Shown here in pieces: positions 14,101-25,900 of a stretch of 64,000 bases of DNA (positions are counted from its first letter, which is position 1; every line of letters starts with the position of its first letter). Both the position numbers and the translations under genes were made by a program. Below the pieces are notes generated by a model that saw only the letters and a list, made by a program, of their open reading frames with translations, was not told the DNA's origin and made no database searches. Source of the DNA: Eledone cirrhosa (lineage: Eukaryota); NCBI GenBank assembly GCA_964016885.1, contig OZ024742.1, positions 124,001-188,000 of the forward strand, written 5' to 3'.

Positions 14101-17100
14101 ACCCTAACCCTAACCCTAAACGTACATTCAACAGTAACCTCCCTAACCCTAACCCTAACCCTCAACGTACATTCAACAGTAACCACTCTAACCCTAACCC
14201 TAACCCTCAACGTACATTCAACAGTAACCACCCTAACCCTAACCCTAACCCTCAACGTACATTCAACAGTAATCACTCTAACCCTAACCCTAACCCTCAA
14301 CGTACATTCAACAGTAACCACCCTAACCCTAACTCTAACCCTCAACGTACATTCAACAGTAACCACCCTAACCCTAACCCTAACCCTCAACGTACATTCA
14401 ACAGTAACCACCCTAACCCTAACCCTAACCCTCAACGTACATTCAACAGTAACCACCCTAACCCTAACCCTAACCCTCAACGTACATTCAACAGTAACCA
14501 CCCTAACCCTAACCCTAACCCTAACCCTCAACGTACATTCAACAGTAACCACCCTAACCCTAACCCTAACCCTCAACGTACATTCAACAGTAACCACTCT
14601 AACCCTAAACCTAACCCTCAACGTACATTCAACAGTAACCACCCTAACCCTAACCCTCAACGTACATTCAACAGTAACCACTCTAACCCTAACCCTAACC
14701 CTCAACGTACATTCAACAGTAACCACCCTAACCCTAACCCTAACCCTCAACGTACATTCAACAGTAACCACCCTAACCCTAACCCTAACCCTCAACGTAC
14801 ATTCAACAGTAACCACTCTAACCCTAACCCTAACCCTCAACGTACATTCAACAGTAACCACCCTAACCCTAACCCTCAACGTACATTCAACAGTAACCAC
14901 TCTAACCCTAACCCTAACCCTCAACGTACATTCGACAGTAACCACCCTAACCCTAACCCTAACCCTCAACGTACATTCAACAGTAACCACTCTAACCCTA
15001 ACCCTAACCCTCAACGTACATTCAACAGTAACCACCCTAACCCTAACCCTCAACGTACATTCAACAGTAACCACCCTAACCCTAACCCTAACCCTCAACG
15101 TACATTCAACAGTAACCACCCTAACCCTAACCCTAACCCTCAACGTACATTCAACTGTAACCATTCTAACCCTAACCCTCAACGTACATTCAACATTAAC
15201 CACTCTAACCCTAACCCTAACCCTCAACGTACATTCAACAGTAACCACCCTAACCCTAACCCTCAACGTACATTCAACAGTAACCACCCTAACCCTAACC
15301 CTAACTCTCAACGTACATTCAACAGTAACCACCCTAACCCTAACCCTCAACGTACATTCAACAGTAACCACCCTAACCCTAACCCTAACCCTCAACGTAC
15401 ATTCAACAGTAACCACTCTAACCCTAACCCTAACCCTCAACGTACATTCAACAGTAACCACCCTAACCCTAACCCTCAACGTACATTCAACAGTAACCAC
15501 CCTAACCCTAACCCTAACCCTCAACGTACATTCAACAGTAACCACCCTAATCCTAACCCTAACCCTCAACGTACATTCAACAGTAACCACCCTAACCCTA
15601 ACCCTCAACGTACATTCAACAGTAACCACCCTAACCCTAACCCTCAACGTACATTCAACAGTAACCACCCTAACCCTAACCCTAACCCTCAACGTACATT
15701 CAACAGTAACCACCCTAACCCTAACCCTCAACGTACATTCAACAGTAACCACCCTAACCCTAACCCTCAACGTACATTCAACAGTAACAACCCTAACCCT
15801 AACCCTAACCGTCAACGTACATTCAACAGTAGCCACCCTAACCCTAACCCTAACCCTAACCCTAACCACCCTAACCCTAACCCTCAACGTACATTCAACA
15901 GTAACCACCCTAACCCTCACCCTAACCCTCAACGTACATTCAACAGTAACCACTCTAACCCTAACCCTAACCCTCAACGTACATTCAACAGTAACCACCC
16001 TAACCCTAACCCTAACCCTCAACGTACATTCAACAGTAACCACGCTAATCCTAACCCTAACCCTCAACGTATATTCAACAGTAACCACCCTAACCCTAAC
16101 CCTCATCGTACATTCAACAGTAACAACCCTAACCCTAACCCTAACCCTCAACGTACATTCAACAGTAACCACCCTAACCCTAACCCTAACCCTCAACGTA
16201 CATTCAACAGTAACCACCCTAACCCTAACCCTCAACGTACATTCAACAGTAACCACCCTAACCCTAACCCTAACCCTCAACGTACATTCAACAGTAACAA
16301 CCCTAACCCTAACCCTAACCCTCAACGTACATTCAACAGTAACCACCCTAAACCTAACCCTAACCCTCAACGTACATTCAACAGTAACAACCCTAACCCT
16401 AACCCTCAACGTACATTCAACGGTAACCACCCTAACCCTAACCCTCAACGTACATTCAACAGTAACCACCCTAACCCTAACCCTAACCCTCAACGTACAT
16501 TCAACAGTAACCACCCTAACCCTAACCCTCAACGTACATTCAACAGTAACCACCCTAACCCTAACCCTAACCCTCAACGTACATTCAACAGTAACCACCC
16601 TAACCCTAACCCTAACCCTCAACGTACATTCAACAGTAACCACCCTAACCCTAACCCTCAACGTACATTCAACAGTAACCACCCTAACCCTAACCCTAAC
16701 CCTCAACGTACATTCAACAGTAACAACCCTAACCCTAACCCTAACCCTCAACGTACATTCAACAGTAACCACCCTAACCCTAACCCTAACCCTCAACGTA
16801 CATTCAACAGTAACAACCCTAACCCTAACCCTCAACGTACATTCAACAGTAACCACCCTAACCCTAACCCTCAACGTACATTCAACAGTAACCACCCTAA
16901 CCCTAACCCTAACCCTCAACGTACATTCAACAGTAACAACCCTAACCCTAACCCTAACCCTCAACGTACATTCAACAGTAACCACCCTAACCCTAACCCT
17001 AACCCTCAACGTACATTCAACAGTAACAACCCTAACCCTAACCCTCAACGTACATTCAACAGTAACCACCCTAACCCTAACCCTCAACGTACATTCAACA

Positions 17101-20100
17101 GTAACCACCCTAACCCTAACCCTAACCCTCAACGTACATTCAACAGTAACCACCCTAACCCTAACCCTCAACGTACATTCAACAGTAACCACCCTAACCC
17201 TAACCCTAACCCTCAACGTACATTCAACAGTAACCACTCTAACCCTAACCCTAACCCTCAACGTACATTCAACAGTAACCACCCTAACCCTAACCCTCAA
17301 CGTACATTCAACAGTAACCACCCTAACCCTAACCCTAACCCTCAACGTACATTCAACAGTAACCACCCTAACCCTAACCCTAACCCTCAACGTACATTCA
17401 ACAGTAACCACCCTAACCCTAACCCTCAACGTACATTCAACAGTAACCACCCTAACCCTAACCCTAACCCTCAACGTACATTCAACAGTAACCACCCTAA
17501 CCCTAACCCTCAACGTACATTCAACAGTAACCACCCTAACCCTAACCCTCAACGTACATTCAACAGTAACCACCCTAACCCTAACCCTAACCCTCAACGT
17601 ACATTCAACAGTAACCACTCTAACCCTAACCCTAACCCTCAACGTACATTCAACAGTAACCACCCTAACCCTAACCCTCAACGTACATTCAACAGTAACC
17701 ACCCTAACCCTAACCCTAACCCTCAACGTACATTCAACAGTAACCACCCTAACCCTAACCCTCAACGTACATTCAACAGTAACCACCCTAACCCTAACCC
17801 TAACCCTCAACGTACATTCAACAGTAACCACTCTAACCCTAACCCTAACCCTCAACGTACATTCAACAGTAACCACCCTAACCCTAACCCTCAACGTACA
17901 TTCAACAGTAACCACCCTAACCCTAACCCTAACCCTCAACGTACATTCAACAGTAACCACCCTAACCCTAACCCTAACCCTCAACGTACATTCAACAGTA
18001 ACCACCCTAACCCTAACCCTCAACGTACATTCAACAGTAACCACCCTAACCCTAACCCTAACCCTCAACGTACATTCAACAGTAACCACCCTAACCCTAA
18101 CCCTCAACGTACATTCAACAGTAACCACCCTAACCCTAACCCTAACCCTCAACGTACATTCAACAGTAACCACCCTAACCCTAACCCTCAACGTACATTC
18201 AACAGTAACCACCCTAACCCTAACCCTCAACGTACATTCAACAGTAACCACCCTAACCCTAACCCTCAACGTACATTCAACAGTAACCACCCTAACCCTA
18301 ACCCTAACCCTCAACGTACATTCAACAGTAACCACCCTAACCCTAATCCTCAACGTACATTCAACAGTAACAACCCTAACCCTAACCCTAACCCTCAACG
18401 TACATTCAACAGTAACCACCCTAACCCTAGCCCTAACCCTCAACGTACATTCAACAGTAACCACCCTAACCCTAACCCTAACCCTCAACGTCCATTCAAC
18501 AGTAACCACCCTAACCCTAACCCTAACCCTCAACGTCCATTCAACAGTAACCACCCTAACCCTAACCCTAACCCTCAACGTCCATTCAACAGTAACCACC
18601 CTAACCCTAACCCTAACCCTCAACGTCCATTCAACAGTAACCACCCTAACCCTAACCCTAACCCTCAACGTACATTCAACAGTAACCACCCTAACCCTAG
18701 CCCTAACCCTCAACGTACATTCAACAGTAACCACCCTAACCCTAACCCTAACCCTCAACGTCCATTCAACAGTAACCACCCTAACCCTAACCCTAACCCT
18801 CAACGTCCATTCAACAGTAACCACCCTAACCCTAACCCTAACCCTCAACGTCCATTCAACAGTAACCACCCTAACCCTAACCCTAACCCTCAACGTCCAT
18901 TCAACAGTAACCACCCTAACCCTAACCCTAACCCTCAACGTCCATTCAACAGTAACCACCCTAACCCTAACCCTAACCCTCAACGTCCATTCAACAGTAA
19001 CCACCCTAACCCTAACCCTAACCCTCAACGTCCATTCAACAGTAACCACCCTAACCCTAACCCTAACCCTCAACGTCCATTCAACAGTAACCACCCTAAC
19101 CCTAACCCTAACCCTCAACGTCCATTCAACAGTAACCACCCTAACCCTAACCCTAACCCTCAACGTCCATTCAACAGTAACCACCCTAACCCTAACCCTA
19201 ACCCTCAACGTCCATTCAACAGTAACCACCCTAACCCTAACCCTCAACGTACATTCAACAGTAACCACCCTAACCCTAACCCTAACCCTCAACGTCCATT
19301 CAACAGTAACCACCCTAACCCTAACCCTAACCCTCAACGTACATTCAACAGTAACCACCCTAACCCTAACCCTAACCCTCAACGTCCATTCAACAGTAAC
19401 CACCCTAACCCTAACCCTAACCCTCAACGTACATTCAACAGTAACCACCCTAACCCTAACCCTAACCCTCAACGTCCATTCAACAGTAACCACCCTAACC
19501 CTAACCCTAACCCTCAACGTACATTCAACAGTAACCACCCTAACCCTAACCCTAACCCTCAACGTACATTCAACAGTAACCACCCTAACCCTAACCCTAA
19601 CCCTCAACGTCCATTCAACAGTAACCACCCTAACCCTAACCCTAACCCTCAACGTCCATTCAACAGTAACCACCCTAACCCTAACCCTAACCCTCAACGT
19701 ACATTCAACAGTAACCACCCTAACCCTAACCCTAACCCTCAACGTCCATTCAACAGTAACCACCCTAACCCTAACCCTAACCCTCAACGTCCATTCAACA
19801 GTAACCACCCTAACCCTAACCCTAACCCTCAACGTCCATTCAACAGTAACCACCCTAACCCTAACCCTAACCCTCAACGTACATTCAACAGTAACCACCC
19901 TAACCCTAACCCTAACCCTCAACGTCCATTCAACAGTAACCACCCTAACCCTAACCCTAACCCTCAACGTACATTCAACAGTAACCACCCTAACCCTAAC
20001 CCTAACCCTCAACGTACATTCAACAGTAACCACCCTAACCCTAACCCTAACCCTCAACGTCCATTCAACAGTAACCACCCTAACCCTAACCCTAACCCTC

Positions 20101-21054
20101 AACGTCCATTCAACAGTAACCACCCTAACCCTAACCCTAACCCTCAACGTCCATTCAACAGTAACCACCCTAACCCTAACCCTAACCCTCAACGTCCATT
20201 CAACAGTAACCACCCTAACCCTAACCCTAACCCTCAACGTACATTCAACAGTAACCACCCTAACCCTAACCCTCAACGTACATTCAACAGTAACAACCCT
20301 AACCCTAACCCTCACCCTCAACGTACATTCAACAGTAACCACCCTAACCCTAACCCTAACCCTCAACGTACATTCAACAGTAACCACCCTAACCCTAACC
20401 CTAACCCTCAACGTACATTCAACAGTAACCACCCTAACCCTAACCCTCAACGTCCATTCAACAGTAACCACCCTAACCCTAACCCTAACCCTCAACGTAC
20501 ATTCAACAGTAACCACCCTAACCCTAACCCTAACCCTCAACGTACATTCAACAGTAACCACCCTAACCCTAACCCTAACCCTCAACGTACATTCAACAGT
20601 AACAACCCTAACCCTAACCCTCACCCTCAACGTACATTCAACAGTAACCACCCTAACCCTAACCCTAACCCTCAACGTACATTCAACAGTAACAACCCTA
20701 ACCCTAACCCTCACCCTCAACGTACATTCAACAGTAACCACCCTAACCCTAACCCTAACCCTCAACGTACATTCAACAGTAACCACCCTAACCCTAACCC
20801 TAACCCTCAACGTACATTCAACAGTAACCACCCTAACCCTAACCCTCAACGTCCATTCAACAGTAACCACCCTAACCCTAACCCTAACCCTCAACGTACA
20901 TTCAACAGTAACCACCCTAACCCTAACCCTAACCCTCAACGTACATTCAACAGTAACCACCCTAACCCTAACCCTAACCCTCAACGTACATTCAACAGTA
21001 ACCACCCTAACCCTAACCCTAACCCTCAACGTACATTCAACAGTAACCCTAACC
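1..21054 (+). repeat. Telomere-motif compound tandem array: (CCCTAA)2-3 + CCCTCAACGTACATTCAACAGTAACCA (39- or 45-bp units), running off the window start
   Basis: Read directly. The unit repeats continuously until ...CAGTAACCCTAACC|GGATAC at ~21054. The C-rich strand is on +. No long pure (CCCTAA)n tract occurs in the window. Confidence 0.97.
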
Positions 21055-21204
21055 GGATACACTCTGCTCAATAGCAGCTGTCACCTTCACCAATCAATGT
21101 CTGCTAATCTTATCATCTGTTTATTTAAGGTTTATCTTTTTAATGATTATCTTTCTTATTCCCACCTTTATTTGTTTAATATTGTCAGACCTTGTTTACT
21201 TGCG

Positions 21205-21267
21205 TCCTCGTCGTCGTCGCCGTCGCCGTCGTCGTCGTCGTCGTCGTCGTCCTCGTCGTCGTCGTCG

Positions 21268-21299
<32 letters not shown>

Positions 21300-21320
21300 G
21301 CAGCTGCTGCTGCTGCTGTT
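21205..21320 (+). repeat. Compound trinucleotide microsatellite (TCG)n-(TTG)n-(CTG)n
   Basis: Read directly. It accounts for the poly-S/L/T ORFs in the ORF track. Confidence 0.95.
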
Positions 21321-21419
21321 GATATTGTAGTATGTTCGGAATTAAGATAAGTTGCAAGACCGCCATCATTTAAAACATGTTCGGAGTTAAGTTTACTTGT
21401 TATCACAGGCTACAACAAA

Positions 21420-22279
21420 TGGTCAGTCATCACCATTAATCTCTCTATTCTCTATTACATGCAGCAGGGTCTCAGTGTTGTGACCTGATGTTGTTGGACC
21501 AGGATTTTCTTTCTCTACCTCTTCTTTGCCCTCTCCCCGAGAGTTTCCATCTTTTCACCATCTCAAGGATGGTGGTTCCTGTCTGCCAACATATTTGTTG
21601 CCTGACAAAGCTTTGTTTTGTGTTCCATGTATGAGATGTCTAGTAACCATCTGAATCACCTGTGCTCGAATTTCAGGAATCTTCATTCCATGACAGCTGT
21701 GAGGGTCCAATTCTCACACTCATACAAAAGGATTAAAGTCAACAAGGACTTCTATAATTTGTGATTTGCTGGAGACTGATCGAGTTGCTCTTCCATATGA
21801 CATTCAGCTATAACATGGTAGAAGTGGACAGGGTGAGTTTTGTCAGTAACTCCTTTTGAGATTCACCATCTTAGATCAGAGTGGATCCTAGGTACTTGGA
21901 GGTGTCCACTTCTTCAAGTCTTCCTTGGTTCAGCATGGTGTTGGTTGCTGTATTCTGGTTATTACTATTAACCCAAATCTTGCTCTTTTCTGAGCTGATC
22001 TCCATTCCATATGCTCCTGATACATTTATCAGTCTGGTAATGATCTCCTGGAGTTCTGCTTCACTGCTTCCTAACGGTTCAATATCATCAGCAAATCGTA
22101 GGTTGGAAATGGGCCATCTTTCAATGGAAACAGGGGTGGGGGAATCTTGAAGAGTCTCTTACATGATGGTTTCCAGAAAAATGTTGAAAAGGACTGGAGA
22201 AAGAAGACACCCTTGTTGAACTCCCCCAATGTTGTTATTCAGGAGAACTGCACTGTTTCAGTTGTCATTCATTGTTTTA
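21420..22279 (-). mobile_element. Decayed RTE-like non-LTR retrotransposon, 3' part (RT domain C-terminal half)
   Basis: Minus-strand motifs SAVLLNN (~22225-22245), GVQQGCLLSPVLFNIF (~22177-22225), ISNLRFADDI (22081-22110), KYLGS (~21884-21898), LLYECENWTL (~21701-21730), with stops and frameshifts. The 3' boundary is approximate. Confidence 0.88.
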
Positions 22280-22385
22280 CTAGCAGAGGTACCCGGCGTT
22301 TCCCGGTATAACTCTCAATGGAGTAGTCGTTCAAATGAACCGAAAGACTTCCGTTAAACACGATTATAGAAGTAATAATTTATAG

Positions 22386-22590
22386 GTGTTGGCCCTAAAG
22401 ATGGCCTTTGAACGTTCACTTTGAAATATCTCTGCCACGGTGCTGCCAGCAAAGACGAATCCGATGGTAACAATTTAAACTTGGTGGCCCTAAAGAGGGC
22501 CTTGGATCGTTCACTGTTAAAAGTCTCAGCGGCACAGCTGTCAGCAAAGACGACTCCGATTAGAGGTAGTGGCCCTTAAGAAGTCCTTCA
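22386..22590 (-). promoter_or_regulatory. Three tandem histone-3'-end-like stem-loops in the Helitron 3' non-coding region (within ~85-95-bp repeat units)
   Basis: Minus strand CCAA-GGCCCT-CTTT-AGGGCC-ACCA (stem-loop 22486-22501, perfect); CAAA-GGCCAT-CTTT-AGGGCC-AACA (22391-22406); GGACTT-CTTA-AGGGCC-ACTA (22571-22586, degenerate). Confidence 0.6.
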
Positions 22591-22959
22591 CACCACTTTG
22601 GTGTGTCGTATTTGCTTTGCTTGTTATTTGAGATTGTAACCTAGAAAAGCATGTAACAGTCGGTGGCCACAACAACGCCTTGGCAAAATCACGCTGGAAT
22701 GTAAAAAAAATGTGTAAATAAGATGTAGGGAAAAGTAGATTAATTAGGTTAACACTACTGAACATCGATAGCAAAGCGTAATAGCAACATATAAATGCGG
22801 AAAACGGAGACATTGAACATTTATAACGTAGAGCAAAAGTAACCCCAGAGGCGTACGTGGTATTGTCAAAAGGACAAAAATAGCACACGGATACAGCAAA
22901 TGTAAGCACTTATACAAAAAAAAACAAAAAAAACAGCGATTACTTGTTGGCGGATGGGG

Positions 22960-25900
22960 TACCTTCAAAACTTCCTTATAGACTATATGTTGGGTTTTCT
23001 CGCGAGCTGCAAAGGCAAATAGGTTATGTCGGCTCCCCACTCGAGAGCAGCCAACATATGGTTGACCATTGGAGGAGCACGGTTCTTCTAAATTAAGCCC
23101 TACGACTGTCAGCATCTGACCCTATGATTTGTTAATCGACATGGCAAAACTGAGTCGGAGAGGGAATTGCAGCCTTCTGAATGTGAAAGGAATGTCTTTT
23201 CCGGATGGAATGAGAGGTATCCTTGGTATTAAGACAGTATCCCCCTTACCACATCCTGTAAGTATTGTTGCTTCAATAACATGAGGCATCGCCTTTTGGA
23301 TGACCAGACGCGTGCCGTTGGAAAGCCTTCGGAGTTCCAAATTCCTGAGGAGCATGACAGGGGCACCTTTCTTAAGTCACAGTAAGTGTGGTGGCAATCC
23401 GGGAGGGTCTAGGGAGTTAAGAAATTATGTGGGGTAATTAACAACTTCGTCCGGATCAGCCATAGAGTCAAGGGACTTGTAGACGTGCAGATTTCGAGGC
23501 AAGCACAGCATGAGCTGTTCATGGTGTTTCCAACTATGTTGTTTTTCGAAGCCAATATTGCGCGTTCACACAACCACTCTTGATTTGTGTAGTTCTCCTC
23601 AAGATTAGGAAAAACAGACGTCCGTAACTCAGCAATTGACTTAACTCATCTGCAAATCCCTGTGAGGTCCGCTGCACCATCTCCGTCGAGTGGGACTTTG
23701 CCATCTCCTAACAACAAAATGGCAGCAGCAAAACCCGCTGATGTCTCATCACCTTGCAGTTGTGCTCTCATGTTTGTTGTAAGCGTCAGCTTTCTTACAT
23801 AGCGCCAAAGTGGCGAGGCCTTAAGGCATGCACCAACCTCATCAGCCCGTGTACCTTTTGGGATTACAGGCAGAGTCTGTCAGAAGTCCCCAGATAACAA
23901 GAAAGTGACACCTCCCGTTGGTTCTTGACAGTCCCTGATGTCTCTGAGTGACCGGTCTAATGCATCGAAAGCCGCCCCGTGGGCCATTGTGCATTCGTCC
24001 CAAACAATTAGTAGGCAGCGCTTTAACACCAGTGCTTTTCCGGAAGACTTGCTGATGTTGCACGTGGGTGTCTCAGATGATGCCACGTTGAGAGGAAGAC
24101 TGAAGGCAGAATGGGCCGTCCTACCGCCAGGCAGCAAAGTTAAGGAATGCCGGAAGAAGCCACGGCCAATGCGATGTTTCCGTGTTGCCTCACTGCAGCG
24201 AGTAAAAGTTTGATTACAAATGTTTTTCCCGTGCCTCCAGGTGCGTCGAGGAAGAATATACCCCCCTCTCCGATTACGGATGGAATCAACGACAATGTTG
24301 TAGGCTTGTTTTTGATCCATTAGAAGTTTTGGTTCATTCTCTTCAACATACCTTTTGAATTCGTCGACATCCTATGACGTTTCACGTATAATGTCGTTGG
24401 GAATGTCAGATGGCGCATCTCGAAGTGTTTGCGGAAGCCCATATTTCTCCAAGACATCTCCGCCCATTGAAGCCACTCTGTCTTCAATATCGATCAGAGC
24501 TCTGTTATATATAGCGTCTGAAAAGCCGACATCTAAGTTTTGAGATTGCAATTGAACGAGACGCCTATATTCGTCTGCGAAATCATGTTTAAACTTTTGC
24601 CATAAAGAGTAAGCATCAATTCACAGACGTGAAAGAGGATAGCAAAAAGTGCTCTTAGACTACGGGATGATTGTGAGATGGCAGCTTTCGTCAAGGTTGC
24701 ATCCCATTGTGCGTCATCTTCTAAAAGTCCACGCCTCAAGCAGGCTTCCCTGTACGTTCCACAGGCATATCCATCGACGGTTCTCAGATGAGTGAAGCTG
24801 GTCGGCCCTCTTACCTCATGAAGCAGATGTCGCAGGTAGAAGCATTCGTATTGGGTAGGGTGGACCGTATAAACTCGCCCAAGGCAATTGTCGAATTTGA
24901 TGCCTGGATGTCCAACCACCTCTTGCCCTACCTTCCTTCGTAGCCATTTTGTCCGGTTCTATGTATAGTAAGACGGTATTTCAGAATACAGCAGAGTTCG
25001 AGCGAAGTCGTCGTGTTGACAAAGTTTGAAAAAAGCGGTGAGTGTAGTTTCCTTTGGTGAGATCGCTAGCTGAGCAGCTGTTGCATCGTTGAAATACACC
25101 CGTTGACCGTTTTCAAGGTGAACGACAAGTTGTTTAATGACGGGGTGTCGTTGGTGCAGTGGGAAGCTAAAAACGCGCCAAAAGGCTTCATTGTTGCTAA
25201 TGTATCGAACTGCTTGATAGTCAGATACCTCGTCTCTACTGTTTTCATGACGAAGACCAAAGACGGCAGCATCCGATCCCTTGTTTAAGTACTTACAAAC
25301 GTATTTAATTGATTTTACTGAGTTGCAAAATTCGACGTTTATATGGGCGTTGAACGCTTTCAAAAGGGGGGGGGGCAATATGGCACTATCCATCTGTTGT
25401 CGATTTCGCGTTCACCAACTTTTGCTGTGAACCCACCGTCTTCAGGTCTCCTGCGCCTATACAACGGATATCCGTCACCGCCAGTCTGTGTTTCCTGTAA
25501 AAACGGCGGGCCGTTTTTACAGGAAACAGTTTCCGTCGTGTATGCACGGGGACTTCATATTGAGTCCATGTCCGCAAGGACCATGGACCATGTTTGATGT
25601 GGCTATAGAGAAGAGGTCCTTGTCAATCGACGGATCAGGTAGTTCGGCAGAAGTGAATTTGTCGATGTAGTTTGAACTGATTTTTGTAACCAACCAAATC
25701 AAGATATGGGCATGCGGTAGCCCTCGTTTCTGCCATTCAACCGTGTACATGTCGCACCTGACAGGCCCAAAAACCTGTCCTTTCTTTAATAAATCCATTA
25801 ATTTGGATAATTTCAGGCGAAACACTCTTGCTATGAGAGCGTGCCTGTGTCTTGGCGCTTGACCGTGGAACAGTTCGTTTGTAATCTCCTTCCACTTGGG

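Noticed and set aside
1-21054. Direct telomerase product from a long 39/45-nt template
   Set aside because: Point variants are propagated in kb-scale blocks, which indicates DNA-level duplication. A telomerase origin of the founding unit cannot be excluded from this window.
2496-21071. Giant minus-strand ORFs (1241, 1237, 398, 3309 aa) as protein-coding genes
   Set aside because: They are translations of a tandem repeat whose unit lengths (39/45 bp, 6-bp indels) are multiples of 3. The ORF ends simply mark a recurring TGT>TGA variant.
21205-21320. Microsatellite as the LINE's 3' tail
   Set aside because: The position is compatible, but ~100 bp of unassignable sequence separates it from recognisable LINE sequence. 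It cannot be supported without a family consensus.
21097-21406. Poly-Ser/Leu and poly-Thr ORFs
   Set aside because: These are trinucleotide microsatellite translations.
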